A stretch of 64,000 nt of DNA from Bdellovibrio sp. (lineage in GTDB: Bacteria > Bdellovibrionota > Bdellovibrionia > Bdellovibrionales > Bdellovibrionaceae), in contig JAKFCY010000002.1 in assembly GCA_036676395.1 (NCBI GenBank), forward strand, positions 1,184,001 through 1,248,000. The letters run 5' to 3'. Below, one piece after another: positions 8,812 through 18,228 of the stretch. The position numbers were made by a program, and so were the translations under genes. The notes below the pieces were generated by a model that searched no databases, was not told the DNA's origin, and was given only the letters and a program-made list of their open reading frames with translations. Within the stretch, counting starts at the first letter, position 1. Each line of letters starts with the position of its first letter.

Positions 8812-9507
8812 ATGAAAAAATTAGTGATCATCCCAACCTATAATGAAATTGAAAATATCCAGGCTTTGCTTCCTGTGCTGATGAAGCTTGAGCAAAAATT
8901 TGATGTGCTTGTTGTTGATGACAGTTCTCCGGATGGCACGGCTAAATTTGTTGAACAGTTTGCGAAAACTGAGCCGCGTGTAAATGTGTTGGTTCGTGCG
9001 GCGAAGCAAGGTTTAGGCAAAGCTTATTTAGCGGGTTTTGATTGGGGATTAAAAAATAATTACGATGTTTTAACTGAAATGGATGCTGATTTTTCGCATG
9101 CTCCGAAGCACTTAAATGAAATCTTAGCCTTAATAGAACAGCACGATGTCGTGATCGGTTCTAGATACGTTACTGGCGGCGGTACAGTTAATTGGGGATT
9201 AATTCGTAAAATTATCTCGCGCGGGGGTAGTCTTTATTCGCGTTTGATTTTAGGCTACCCATTGCGTGATTGGACCGGTGGATTTAATTGCTGGCGTAAA
9301 GAAGTTTTGCACAAAATTAATCTGAGCAGTATTCAATCTAATGGTTATTCTTTTCAAATCGAATTAAAATATAAAGCTTTAAAAAATGGTTATAAGATTC
9401 AGGAAACGCCGATTATTTTTGAAGATCGCCGTGTAGGTCAAAGCAAAATGTCTTTAAAAATTGTGTTAGAGGCTTTTTATAAAGTTTGGCTTATTAAAGG
9501 CTACTAG
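8812..9507 (+). CDS. Polyprenol monophosphomannose synthase-like GT2 (Ppm1/Dpm1 family)
   Basis: IIPTYNE, VDDSSPDGT, KQGLGKAY, MDADFSH, GSRY, DWTGGF, GYSFQIE, GQSKMS. Confidence 0.85.
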   Translation: MKKLVIIPTYNEIENIQALLPVLMKLEQKFDVLVVDDSSPDGTAKFVEQFAKTEPRVNVLVRAAKQGLGKAYLAGFDWGLKNNYDVLTEMDADFSHAPKHLNEILALIEQHDVVIGSRYVTGGGTVNWGLIRKIISRGGSLYSRLILGYPLRDWTGGFNCWRKEVLHKINLSSIQSNGYSFQIELKYKALKNGYKIQETPIIFEDRRVGQSKMSLKIVLEAFYKVWLIKGY

Positions 9508-10488
9508 CTAAAGGTTACTAGTTTTTCTTAAAAGCTTACGCACTATATTTCTGACCACGCGTACAATCCATAGGCTGTCGTGTTTTCTTGAAAATCTATA
9601 GCCCCAGTTTTTTGAATTCGGTAAAAGCCAGTAAAAAAACGGTAAGAACACGCGTCGCGGAAACCAACGTTTAAAATAATAAAAAAATTCGGCATCAAAA
9701 CTTGCAGGCACCCACAAAGGTGGGCGCTCGGTACGAATCACATTATAAGTTAATTCTGCAATCGATTGCGGCGTTGAAAGGCTGCGATTTTTAAGATTTG
9801 CAACAAAGGGAATCATGCTGGTGTACATGTCTTCGTAAGGCTGATCTTCTTTATGAGGCTTTTCTGAAAACTTGATTCGCGAATGCTGGGCTGAGTGAAT
9901 AAAGCCAGGCTGCACCAAAGCTACATCAATCCCAAATGGGCGCAGTTCATACCACAGTGATTCCATAGCGCCTTCAAGGGCATACTTCGAAGCAGAATAC
10001 GACGACATCGTTGGAAATGCTAATAGTCCACTCACCGAAGAAATATTAATGATTTTACCTTTTCCATTTTTACGCATTTTCGGCAGCAGCATGCGAATCA
10101 GACTCACGGGGCCAAGATAGTTTTTTTGCATGTGCAAGAGGTCATCTTGATCTTTAGTTTCTTCTAACGATGAACGATAACAAATATCTGACGTGTTAAT
10201 ATAAATATCAACTCGGCCCCAACGAGCAAAAATTTTTTCGACGGCTTCTGTACGACTTTGCTCATCGACGATATCTAAAGGCATGACCCAGACATGATCG
10301 TTTTCTGCAATTTGAGGGGATACATTAGTTAGATCACGAGCGGTGATAACAACGCGATATTCAGGGTGAGAAGATAATAGTTTAGCTGTGGCGACTCCAA
10401 CTTCGGAGCTACCGCCTGTCAGCAAAATTACTGGTTTGTAATCTTGCGTGGGTGAAGCAAACTTATACCAATAGATGTATTTATACAT
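9508..10488 (-). CDS. Short-chain dehydrogenase/reductase
   Basis: NISSVSG and YSASK catalytic motifs; nucleotide-binding motif altered (TGGSSEVG). Confidence 0.85.
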   Translation of the reverse strand: MYKYIYWYKFASPTQDYKPVILLTGGSSEVGVATAKLLSSHPEYRVVITARDLTNVSPQIAENDHVWVMPLDIVDEQSRTEAVEKIFARWGRVDIYINTSDICYRSSLEETKDQDDLLHMQKNYLGPVSLIRMLLPKMRKNGKGKIINISSVSGLLAFPTMSSYSASKYALEGAMESLWYELRPFGIDVALVQPGFIHSAQHSRIKFSEKPHKEDQPYEDMYTSMIPFVANLKNRSLSTPQSIAELTYNVIRTERPPLWVPASFDAEFFYYFKRWFPRRVFLPFFYWLLPNSKNWGYRFSRKHDSLWIVRVVRNIVRKLLRKTSNL

Positions 10489-10515
10489 TCTAGAATAAGT
10501 TTACTCCCCTTAGAG

Positions 10516-11283
10516 CTATTGTCGATGTTTTTTAATTTCCCAAAAAGAAATCGCGGCCGATACGCTTGCATTTAATGACTCAATGCTGTGGGTCGGGATA
10601 TTCACAAATTTCATTTTCTGTAATTGTTCCGATTCGAGACGAAGTCCTGGGCCTTCTTCGCCAAGCCAAAGCCTAAAATCTTTTGGCCATTTTTGGGTGG
10701 CGATATCTGCGCCTTCTAGCTCTAGAGCGTAGTTTTCACCAGTGATTGGTAATTCATTTGTTTTTTGACCAGCTGTGAAAAATTCAGCTTTTAGCACAGC
10801 ACCGGCACTTGCTTTGACCGAGTGCGGAAGAAACGGATGACAGGCCTCTTGAGTCAAAATAATTTTGTTGATTCCAAATCCTACCGCAGATCTAGCAAGT
10901 GCGCCAAGATTTCTTGGGTCACCAATGGGTAGAACAACTTCTATGCCTTCTGGTTTTTTCTTTAAATCAAGCGTTGGAAAATCATCAGCTTCTAACACAA
11001 ATAGCGGGTAGTGCGTTCCTAATACATCGAGTTCGTTAAAAAGCTCTTGGTTTAACGTGATCGTGTTAAATGGAAATTTAGCCGAGTATTTATCAGAGCA
11101 AACTACTAAGTGAACTTTAAAGGCTTTATTTTTAGATTTCGTAAATTCTTTAATAAGTTTATCACCCATTAAGAAAAACAATTTATGTTCTTTAATGCCC
11201 TTGGCAGACAGTAACAAACGCAGTTTTTTAAACAGCGGGTTGTCTTTAGATGTGATAGTTTGTTCTTTGTTTTTCATATTCAT
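10516..11283 (-). CDS. TrmH/SpoU-family RNA methyltransferase
   Basis: ITSKDNP, DPRNLGALARSA, GEEGPG, IESLNASVSAAI. Confidence 0.9.
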   Translation of the reverse strand: MNMKNKEQTITSKDNPLFKKLRLLLSAKGIKEHKLFFLMGDKLIKEFTKSKNKAFKVHLVVCSDKYSAKFPFNTITLNQELFNELDVLGTHYPLFVLEADDFPTLDLKKKPEGIEVVLPIGDPRNLGALARSAVGFGINKIILTQEACHPFLPHSVKASAGAVLKAEFFTAGQKTNELPITGENYALELEGADIATQKWPKDFRLWLGEEGPGLRLESEQLQKMKFVNIPTHSIESLNASVSAAISFWEIKKHRQ

Positions 11284-11316
11284 CGCCGGTTTCCTTGTCC
11301 GCTTTCAGCAGAACCT

Positions 11317-12132
11317 CTAGAAAGAATCGTTCAGAAGAATATCGTTATCTTCTTCTTCAGGAAGGGGAGCATTTTTGATTTTTTTGAAGATCACTAAACG
11401 TCTGTGATTTTCAGTTTTTGGAAGATCATAAGCAATATCCGCTTTGAGTTCGAAGTATTCTGAAAACTCTTTTAAAGCCTTTTCGATCTCAGGATCAACG
11501 CCAGGACCTTTCATGAAATACACTTCGCCGCCTTCTTGCAGGCAGCTCATGGTATTTCTTAGGGTGTTAGAAATATCTTCTACGGCGCGTGTGATTACGC
11601 CATTCACAGGGTAGACGAAGTGTTCGTTAATGTTACGTCCGATGATGTCTAAGTTTTCTAATTTTAAATCTTCGCGCACTTCTTTTAAAAATTCGACGCG
11701 TTTTTGTACGCCTTCGCCTAAAAGAATTTTTTCTTTCGGGTATCTGATTTTTAAAGGGATTCCAGGAAAACCAGGACCAGTTCCGACATCAATCAACGGA
11801 AATTTCAGTTCAGTTAGTTCAGTTAAGATTAAACAATCGATGAAATGTTTGATGGCCACATCTCTTAAGTTTAATAGACGGGTGAAGTTGCGGTTTTCTT
11901 GATTTTTCATTAGAAGTTCATAAAAACGAGCTAGTTTCATGCGCTCTTCGTGTGAACATTTGAAATCGTGGTTACGAAAAATATCCTGCATGCGATCGTT
12001 GGCTTCGCTTGCGGTAAAGATTTGATCCGGCTTTTTATGCTTACCCTTAAGGTCTTCGTGCGAAGTCTTGGTTAATTTTGATGCATTACGAGCCTTGTAA
12101 GGGCTGTAGTTTTCCTTATTTTTGTGCGCCAC
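11317..12132 (-). CDS. rsmG: 16S rRNA m7G527 methyltransferase
   Basis: NFTR, KHFIDC, DVGTGPGFPGIPL, TRAV, MKG. Start moved to GTG 12132 (AAGGAA upstream), which removes the overlap with pheS. Confidence 0.9.
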   Translation of the reverse strand: MAHKNKENYSPYKARNASKLTKTSHEDLKGKHKKPDQIFTASEANDRMQDIFRNHDFKCSHEERMKLARFYELLMKNQENRNFTRLLNLRDVAIKHFIDCLILTELTELKFPLIDVGTGPGFPGIPLKIRYPKEKILLGEGVQKRVEFLKEVREDLKLENLDIIGRNINEHFVYPVNGVITRAVEDISNTLRNTMSCLQEGGEVYFMKGPGVDPEIEKALKEFSEYFELKADIAYDLPKTENHRRLVIFKKIKNAPLPEEEDNDILLNDSF

Positions 12133-12210
12133 GATAATTCCTTTAAGGCATTGTTCATAGCACAGGGCTAAATGCTTGAAAAGACTTAAATTATTTAGAA
12201 TAATAACGAC

Positions 12211-13242
12211 ATGGTAAATCAGCATTTAATCGATATAAAACAAAACGCCCTAAAAGATTTTCACTCTAGCAAAAACTCAAAAGAGCTGTATCAGTTTAAA
12301 GTTCAGTATTTGGGTAAAACCGGAGCCTTAACCGAAGCTATGAAATTAATGGCCACTCTTCCAAAAGAAGAAAAACCCTTATTCGGAAAACAAGTCAATG
12401 AGGTTAAAGCTGAACTAGAAACGGCCTACGCGGGTGTTGAAGCGACTTTGCAAAAAGCCGAAATCGAATCGCAAATGCTGAATGAAAAGCTAGATCTAAC
12501 CCTTTCAGTGACGACTCACGAAATGGGTCATGAACATCCAATTTACAAAGTAACGCATGAGATTTTTTCGATTATGGCTCGCCTTGGGTATTCACTTCGC
12601 ACCGGCGCACTTATTGAAAAAGATTACTATAATTTTGAAGCTTTGAATATTCCACCGGATCATCCGGCGCGTGATATGCAAGATACGTTTTTCGTTGATG
12701 AGACTCACGTATTACGTACTCATACTTCGCCTATTCAAATTCATTCACTTGAGAATGAAAAACCGCCGTTACGTATTATCGGTACTGGCCCGGTATTTCG
12801 CTGTGATAGTGATATTTCTCATCTTCCTAACTTTCATCAAATTGAAGGTATGTGTATCGATAAAAAAATCTCGATGGCTGATCTTAAAGGAACAATCTCG
12901 TTTTTCGTGCGTGAGTTCTTCGGCCCGGGTTTAAAAACTCGTTTTCGTCCAAGCTTTTTTCCATTCACAGAACCTTCGGCTGAAGTTGATTGTTCGTGCC
13001 CGATTTGCAAAAGCAAAGGGTGTTCTCTTTGCAAACAAACGGGATGGATTGAAATTGGTGGTTGTGGCTTGATTAATCCTAAAGTTTTTGAACATGCGAA
13101 AGTTCCATACCCTGAATGGCAAGGTTTTGCTTTCGGTTTTGGTGTTGAACGTATGGCTATTATTAAATACGGCGTAGATGATATTCGCCATTTTCCTAAA
13201 AACGATGTCCGCTTTTTAAAACAGTTCTCGGCGGGAGTGTAA
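12211..13242 (+). CDS. pheS: Phenylalanine-tRNA ligase alpha subunit
   Basis: [33 protein letters not shown]. Confidence 0.99.
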   Translation: MVNQHLIDIKQNALKDFHSSKNSKELYQFKVQYLGKTGALTEAMKLMATLPKEEKPLFGKQVNEVKAELETAYAGVEATLQKAEIESQMLNEKLDLTLSVTTHEMGHEHPIYKVTHEIFSIMARLGYSLRTGALIEKDYYNFEALNIPPDHPARDMQDTFFVDETHVLRTHTSPIQIHSLENEKPPLRIIGTGPVFRCDSDISHLPNFHQIEGMCIDKKISMADLKGTISFFVREFFGPGLKTRFRPSFFPFTEPSAEVDCSCPICKSKGCSLCKQTGWIEIGGCGLINPKVFEHAKVPYPEWQGFAFGFGVERMAIIKYGVDDIRHFPKNDVRFLKQFSAGV

Positions 13243-13243
13243 G

Positions 13244-15688
13244 ATGAAAATTTCATTACAATGGTTAAATGATTTCGTAGATGTGACTGAGTTTTACCAA
13301 GACACGCAAAAATTAGCTGATCTTTTAACTCGCGCCGGTCTTGAAGTTGAAGACATTCAAAATAAAGCCAAAGATTTTCAAAACGTAGTGATCGGTCATA
13401 TCCTTGAAAAAGGAAAACATCCGAATGCAGACAAGTTATCACTATGCCAAGTTGAAATTGCACCAGGCAAAGTTGAACAAATCGTTTGTGGAGCGCAAAA
13501 TCACAAACAAGGCGATAAAGTTATCGTAGCTTTAGCAGGTGCTGTGCTTCCTGGAAACTTCGCGATTAAAAAAGCCAAAGTCCGTGATGTAGAGTCAAAC
13601 GGAATGCTTTGCTCTTATAAAGAACTTGGTTTAGCGACTGAATCTGAAGGTATTGCTATTCTTGATCCTAAAGCTCCAGTAGGTCAGTCATTTGCCGAAT
13701 TTGGCGGGTATGATGATATCGTTTTTGAATTAAAAGTTACACCGAATCGTGCGGATTGTTTATCTCACTATGGTTTGGCTCGTGAAATTGGTTGTTTATT
13801 AAATAAACCAGTTAAAAATCCTGAAGTGCAAAAGAAGTTTTCTGCTGAAAGTACTAAGTCTAAAATTAAACTGACTGTTGATAATTCTGAACTATGCCCA
13901 CGTTACTGTGGCCGTTATATCACTGGCGTGAAAATTGGTGATTCTCCGGCGTGGTTAAAACGTCGTTTAGAAGCGATCGGAATGAATTCAATCAATAACG
14001 TAGTCGATGTAACTAATTACGTGATGCTTGAAATGGGTCAGCCATTACACGCTTTTGATGCAAGCCTTATCGGCGGTCAGACGATCAAGATCAGAAACGC
14101 ATCTCCAGGTGAGAAGTTTAAAACTTTAAAAGATCAAGATGTTACTTTTAAAGGTGATGAATTATTAATTACTGACAGTAACGGTGCTGTTGCACTTGCT
14201 GGTGTTATCGGCGGATTAAATTCTGGCGTGAGCGAGAAAACACAAAATATTTTCTTAGAAGCGGCAAACTTTAAAGCTATGTCTGTGCGAAAATCATCTC
14301 GTCAGCACGGTATTGAAACTGATTCGGCCTACCGCTTTTCTCGCGGCGTTGATCCAAGTCAAACTCATGAAATCATGGACCGCGCGGTGAATTTAATTCT
14401 GCAAGTCGCAGGTGGCGAAGCTTTAGGTGATCATTATGACATCTACCCAAAACCAGTGACTAAATCTCCGGTAAAAATTAAAGTTCAAACTATTTCTGAC
14501 CGTCTTGGTTATCAAGCTGATGCAAAATTATTTGAACAGTATATGAATGGTCTTCACTGTAAAGTGGATCGTCTTAACGAAGGTGAATACAGCATTACAC
14601 CTCCATTATTCAGATTTGATTTAGAGCATGATATGGATCTGGTTGAAGAGTACGCTCGCCTAAAAGGTTATGAGCATATTACTGAAACTCTTCCTTCGTT
14701 TGCCGCAGAGCCTGCAAAACACGATGAAAAATACACAAGCAATCATAAGCTTTCGTTATTTTTACGTGGTGAGGGTTATGATCAAGCGTTTAACTATGCT
14801 TTCTTAAATGAAAATGAAGAGAGCAAATGGATCACGAACTGCGAGGTCTTTAATAAACTAGGTCTAACGATGGACCCGCAGGCCATCAAACTTCGTAATC
14901 CATTAAGTGAAGATTTAAATGTGATGCGCAGATCAATGGTTTACCCAGTCTGGAAAAACATCCGCGAGAATTTTCACGCAGGCAATATGAGCGGTAAACT
15001 TTTTGAGATAGGTTCGACTTTTACAAAAGTAACTGATTCGGTTCGCCCTGAAGTTGCTTATAAAGAAACACGAAAACTAATTATTTCAGCTTGGGGTGAG
15101 GATTTTGGTCTTTATGCAAAAAACTATCCATTAGTTTACAAATTGAAATCAACATTAGAGAGCTTATTCCAGAATTTACAAATTTCAGCATACACAGTGG
15201 CACCAATTGGCGATGCACCAGCGTACTTACACAAAGGTCAGTGGGCTGCGATTAATGTTGAAGGTAAAGCGGTCGGTTACATCGGGTCGGTTCATCCAGT
15301 AATTCTTGCTGATGAAAAAATCCGTGTACCAGTTTGTTTTGCTGAAATTAATTTAGATTTGTTATTAGCTGGTCAACCTCGCCCAACAAAATTCAAATCA
15401 GTATCGGCATTCCAGCCGGTCGACCGCGATTTTGCATTCGTGATGGAGTCAGCAAAAATGGTTGGCGATCTAACCAAAGAAGTCAAAAAATCTGTGGGAG
15501 CAAATCTTCAAAGTATGACGGTATTTGACGTCTACGAAGGGGATAAGTTGCCTGCGGGGCAGAAGTCGGTCGCGTTACGTGTGCGTTTACATTCACAAGA
15601 TCAAGCCCTTACAGAGGCCATGATCACTGAAATTACGCAAAAAGTGGTAACTGCTGCACAGAAATCTGTTGGAGCTAACTTAAGATAG
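13244..15688 (+). CDS. pheT: Phenylalanine-tRNA ligase beta subunit
   Basis: HPNADKL, TPNRADCLS, NNVVDVTNY, DLVEEYAR, C-terminal FDVYEG anticodon-binding domain. Confidence 0.99.
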   Translation: MKISLQWLNDFVDVTEFYQDTQKLADLLTRAGLEVEDIQNKAKDFQNVVIGHILEKGKHPNADKLSLCQVEIAPGKVEQIVCGAQNHKQGDKVIVALAGAVLPGNFAIKKAKVRDVESNGMLCSYKELGLATESEGIAILDPKAPVGQSFAEFGGYDDIVFELKVTPNRADCLSHYGLAREIGCLLNKPVKNPEVQKKFSAESTKSKIKLTVDNSELCPRYCGRYITGVKIGDSPAWLKRRLEAIGMNSINNVVDVTNYVMLEMGQPLHAFDASLIGGQTIKIRNASPGEKFKTLKDQDVTFKGDELLITDSNGAVALAGVIGGLNSGVSEKTQNIFLEAANFKAMSVRKSSRQHGIETDSAYRFSRGVDPSQTHEIMDRAVNLILQVAGGEALGDHYDIYPKPVTKSPVKIKVQTISDRLGYQADAKLFEQYMNGLHCKVDRLNEGEYSITPPLFRFDLEHDMDLVEEYARLKGYEHITETLPSFAAEPAKHDEKYTSNHKLSLFLRGEGYDQAFNYAFLNENEESKWITNCEVFNKLGLTMDPQAIKLRNPLSEDLNVMRRSMVYPVWKNIRENFHAGNMSGKLFEIGSTFTKVTDSVRPEVAYKETRKLIISAWGEDFGLYAKNYPLVYKLKSTLESLFQNLQISAYTVAPIGDAPAYLHKGQWAAINVEGKAVGYIGSVHPVILADEKIRVPVCFAEINLDLLLAGQPRPTKFKSVSAFQPVDRDFAFVMESAKMVGDLTKEVKKSVGANLQSMTVFDVYEGDKLPAGQKSVALRVRLHSQDQALTEAMITEITQKVVTAAQKSVGANLR

Positions 15689-15723
15689 TACTACGCTATT
15701 ATATGAACAAAGGATTGTGATCT

Positions 15724-16077
15724 ATGGCAGGACAAAACATCGGAAATTCAACAGTCACTAAAGCTGATATCGTTGAAAAAGTTTATGAGAAAATTGGTTT
15801 TTCTAAAAAAGAAGCCAGTGAACTTGTTGAGCTTGTTTTCAATTCGCTGAAAGATACTTTACACAGTGGTGAAAAAGTTAAAATTTCAGGATTTGGTAAC
15901 TTTGTTGTTCGTGGCAAAAGCGAGCGCAATGGTCGTAATCCACAAACTGGTGAGCAAATTAAAATTTCTGCTCGCCGTGTTTTAACTTTCAGACCGAGCC
16001 AAGTGCTAAAAGCCATGTTGAATGGTGAAGAGTACGAACATCTAATCGGTAAAGAAGACGAGGAAGATGATGAATAA
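15724..16077 (+). CDS. ihfA: Integration host factor subunit alpha
   Basis: VKISGFGNF, GRNPQTGE, ARRVLTFRPS; follows pheT. Confidence 0.93.
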   Translation: MAGQNIGNSTVTKADIVEKVYEKIGFSKKEASELVELVFNSLKDTLHSGEKVKISGFGNFVVRGKSERNGRNPQTGEQIKISARRVLTFRPSQVLKAMLNGEEYEHLIGKEDEEDDE

Positions 16078-16693
16078 TAACAACGAAAATAATCCTTCAG
16101 GTGGTAATAAACCTGAAGATCAAAAAAACTCAGCTGCACATTACGAAGTTTTTCAAACTGAATTTGAGCTACAGTTAGAAGATAATTTTTTATCTGAAGA
16201 AGAAGCAGCAGCTCCGACAGAAGTTGAAAAAAACAAAGAGGCTTTAGAGACGCAAAGAAATCTAAAATCAGATGCTGAAGCTTTTCCGAGTGTTTTAGTT
16301 GATGACCAGCTGATGCAAGAGATCGCTTCGATTCCAGATCGTTTCGGTTTTAAAATTGGTGATGTCGCAGATTTATTAGGAATCAAACAATATGTTCTTC
16401 GTTATTGGGAACAAGAATTTGAATTATTAAAACCTAAAAAAGCTTCGAACAACCAACGTTTTTACACGAAAAAAGACGTCGAAAATGCGTTTCTAATCCG
16501 TAAACTTTTATACCGCGATAAGTTCTCGATCGAAGGGGCTCGCCAGGCCTTAAAAGATGTAAAATTCGTCGTAAAAAAAGAAAAAGACAAAGAAAAGGAT
16601 TTTTCTTCGGTTATTCAAAAGATGGATTTTGTACAGGATCAGATCCGTAATTTCGTCTCTGAAATCAGAAAAACTAAGAATTTCTTCAATTAG
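16067..16693 (+). CDS. MerR-family transcriptional regulator with acidic N-terminal extension
   Basis: FKIGDVADLLGIKQYVLRYWEQEF...FSIEGAR; usual position after ihfA. Confidence 0.88.
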   Translation: MMNNNNENNPSGGNKPEDQKNSAAHYEVFQTEFELQLEDNFLSEEEAAAPTEVEKNKEALETQRNLKSDAEAFPSVLVDDQLMQEIASIPDRFGFKIGDVADLLGIKQYVLRYWEQEFELLKPKKASNNQRFYTKKDVENAFLIRKLLYRDKFSIEGARQALKDVKFVVKKEKDKEKDFSSVIQKMDFVQDQIRNFVSEIRKTKNFFN

Positions 16694-16731
16694 CTTGTTA
16701 TTTTTAGAGGGGGGGCTTATCACAGTCCTCT

Positions 16732-18120
16732 ATGAAAAATGACCAACCTAATGCTCTCGCGCTACAAACCGCAACTACTAAACTATTTTCTGATTTAGAC
16801 CTTATTGAGCCACTTCAACGTGCGCTTCGTGACCTTAACTACGAAAACCCAACTCCTATCCAAGAACAAGCTATTCCAATCCTATTAGCCGGTAAAGACT
16901 TACTAGGCTGTGCTCAAACGGGTACGGGTAAGACAGCAGCATTTGCTTTGCCATTACTGCAAAATTTAGCGAAATCTAAAAACCGCCCAGGCCGCCGCCA
17001 AGCTTTAGTGTTGGTGTTAGCCCCTACGCGTGAATTAGCCCTGCAGATCCATCAAAGTTTTGAAGAATACGGTCGCTACCTAGATTTAAAAACTGCCGTG
17101 ATTTTCGGTGGTGTTGGTCAAGGTCCGCAAGTTAAAGCCTTATCAAATGGCGTAGACGTGTTAGTGGCGACTCCAGGCCGCTTATTTGACCTATTAGAAC
17201 AAAAACATGTGTATTTAGATAAAGTGCAAGCGTTCGTGCTAGATGAAGCCGATCGCATGATGGATATGGGTTTTATTAACGATATTCAAAAAATTCTTAA
17301 GATCTTACCTAAACAGCGTCATAACTTATTTTTCTCGGCAACAATGCCAGCAGATATTTCTAAGCTTGCCAATAACATCTTAGTTAATCCAGTGCGCGTA
17401 GAAGTAACTCCGGTCGCAACAACGGCTGAAAAAATTGAACAGTGGTTGATGTATGTTGATAAGCCACAAAAACGCGATTTATTAAAACACTTATTAGATG
17501 ATAAGGCTTTTAAACGCGTGATCGTATTCACTCGCACTAAGCACGGGGCTAATAAGGTTGCTGAAGTTTTACTTAAATATAAAATCACATCTGCAGCAAT
17601 TCATGGAAACAAATCTCAAAATGCTCGCCAAAGAGCTTTAGAAGATTTCCGCTCTGGTCACTGCCGTGTACTTATTGCTACTGATATCGCAGCTCGTGGT
17701 ATTGACGTTGATGATATTACTCACGTGATTAACTTTGAAATTCCTAATGTTCCTGAAAACTATGTTCACCGTATCGGTCGTACTGCTCGTGCAGGACGCG
17801 AAGGTATCGCTATTTCTTTTTGTGATGCCGAAGAAAAATCATTCATCCGTGATATCGAAAAAACGATGGGAAAAACTATTCCTGTTGTGACTAAGCAGCC
17901 TTTTCATTCTAAAGCCGTTGAACTTGCAGCTTTAATGTCGCCGGGTAAAGCGAAAGCTAAACTTGAAGCTTCGGAACGCGGATCTCGCGGTGGTGGTGGA
18001 AACCGTCAACGTCGCGGTGGCGGCGGCGGTCAACGCCGTAGTGGCAGTGGTGGTGGGGGCGGATCTGGTGGTCCGCGCACTGGGTTTCGTGGAAATTCGG
18101 GACAATCACGGTCGAACTAA
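16732..18120 (+). CDS. rhlE: DEAD-box ATP-dependent RNA helicase (RhlE-like)
   Basis: AQTGTGKT, PTRELA, DEAD, SAT, ARGID, HRIGRTAR; Gly/Arg-rich C-terminal tail. Confidence 0.9.
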   Translation: MKNDQPNALALQTATTKLFSDLDLIEPLQRALRDLNYENPTPIQEQAIPILLAGKDLLGCAQTGTGKTAAFALPLLQNLAKSKNRPGRRQALVLVLAPTRELALQIHQSFEEYGRYLDLKTAVIFGGVGQGPQVKALSNGVDVLVATPGRLFDLLEQKHVYLDKVQAFVLDEADRMMDMGFINDIQKILKILPKQRHNLFFSATMPADISKLANNILVNPVRVEVTPVATTAEKIEQWLMYVDKPQKRDLLKHLLDDKAFKRVIVFTRTKHGANKVAEVLLKYKITSAAIHGNKSQNARQRALEDFRSGHCRVLIATDIAARGIDVDDITHVINFEIPNVPENYVHRIGRTARAGREGIAISFCDAEEKSFIRDIEKTMGKTIPVVTKQPFHSKAVELAALMSPGKAKAKLEASERGSRGGGGNRQRRGGGGGQRRSGSGGGGGSGGPRTGFRGNSGQSRSN

Positions 18121-18228
18121 CAGTCCAATTCTGACTGCAAGTAAAGCATTACAGATAATTGCAGAAATTCTGCAGCGAATAGAGTAAAAGTACTAGTCTA
18201 TCTAAAAAACTTTGGATAGGCTTTACTG

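Noticed and set aside
12133..12225. N-terminal extension of rsmG overlapping pheS
   Set aside because: GTG 12132 has an RBS and removes the overlap; the extension is an ORF-caller artefact.
12671..13463. Alternative-frame and antisense ORFs over pheS/pheT, including a 208-aa minus-strand ORF
   Set aside because: Shadows of conserved genes with no independent motifs; the same applies to the other short nested ORFs in the track.
16694..16731. tRNA-Pro often found after ihfA-merR
   Set aside because: The gap is only 38 nt with no cloverleaf; I saw no tRNA or rRNA anywhere in the window.
17975..18120. GC-rich GGT/GGC repeats
   Set aside because: They encode the ordinary Gly/Arg-rich tail of a DEAD-box helicase; not a repeat element or CRISPR.
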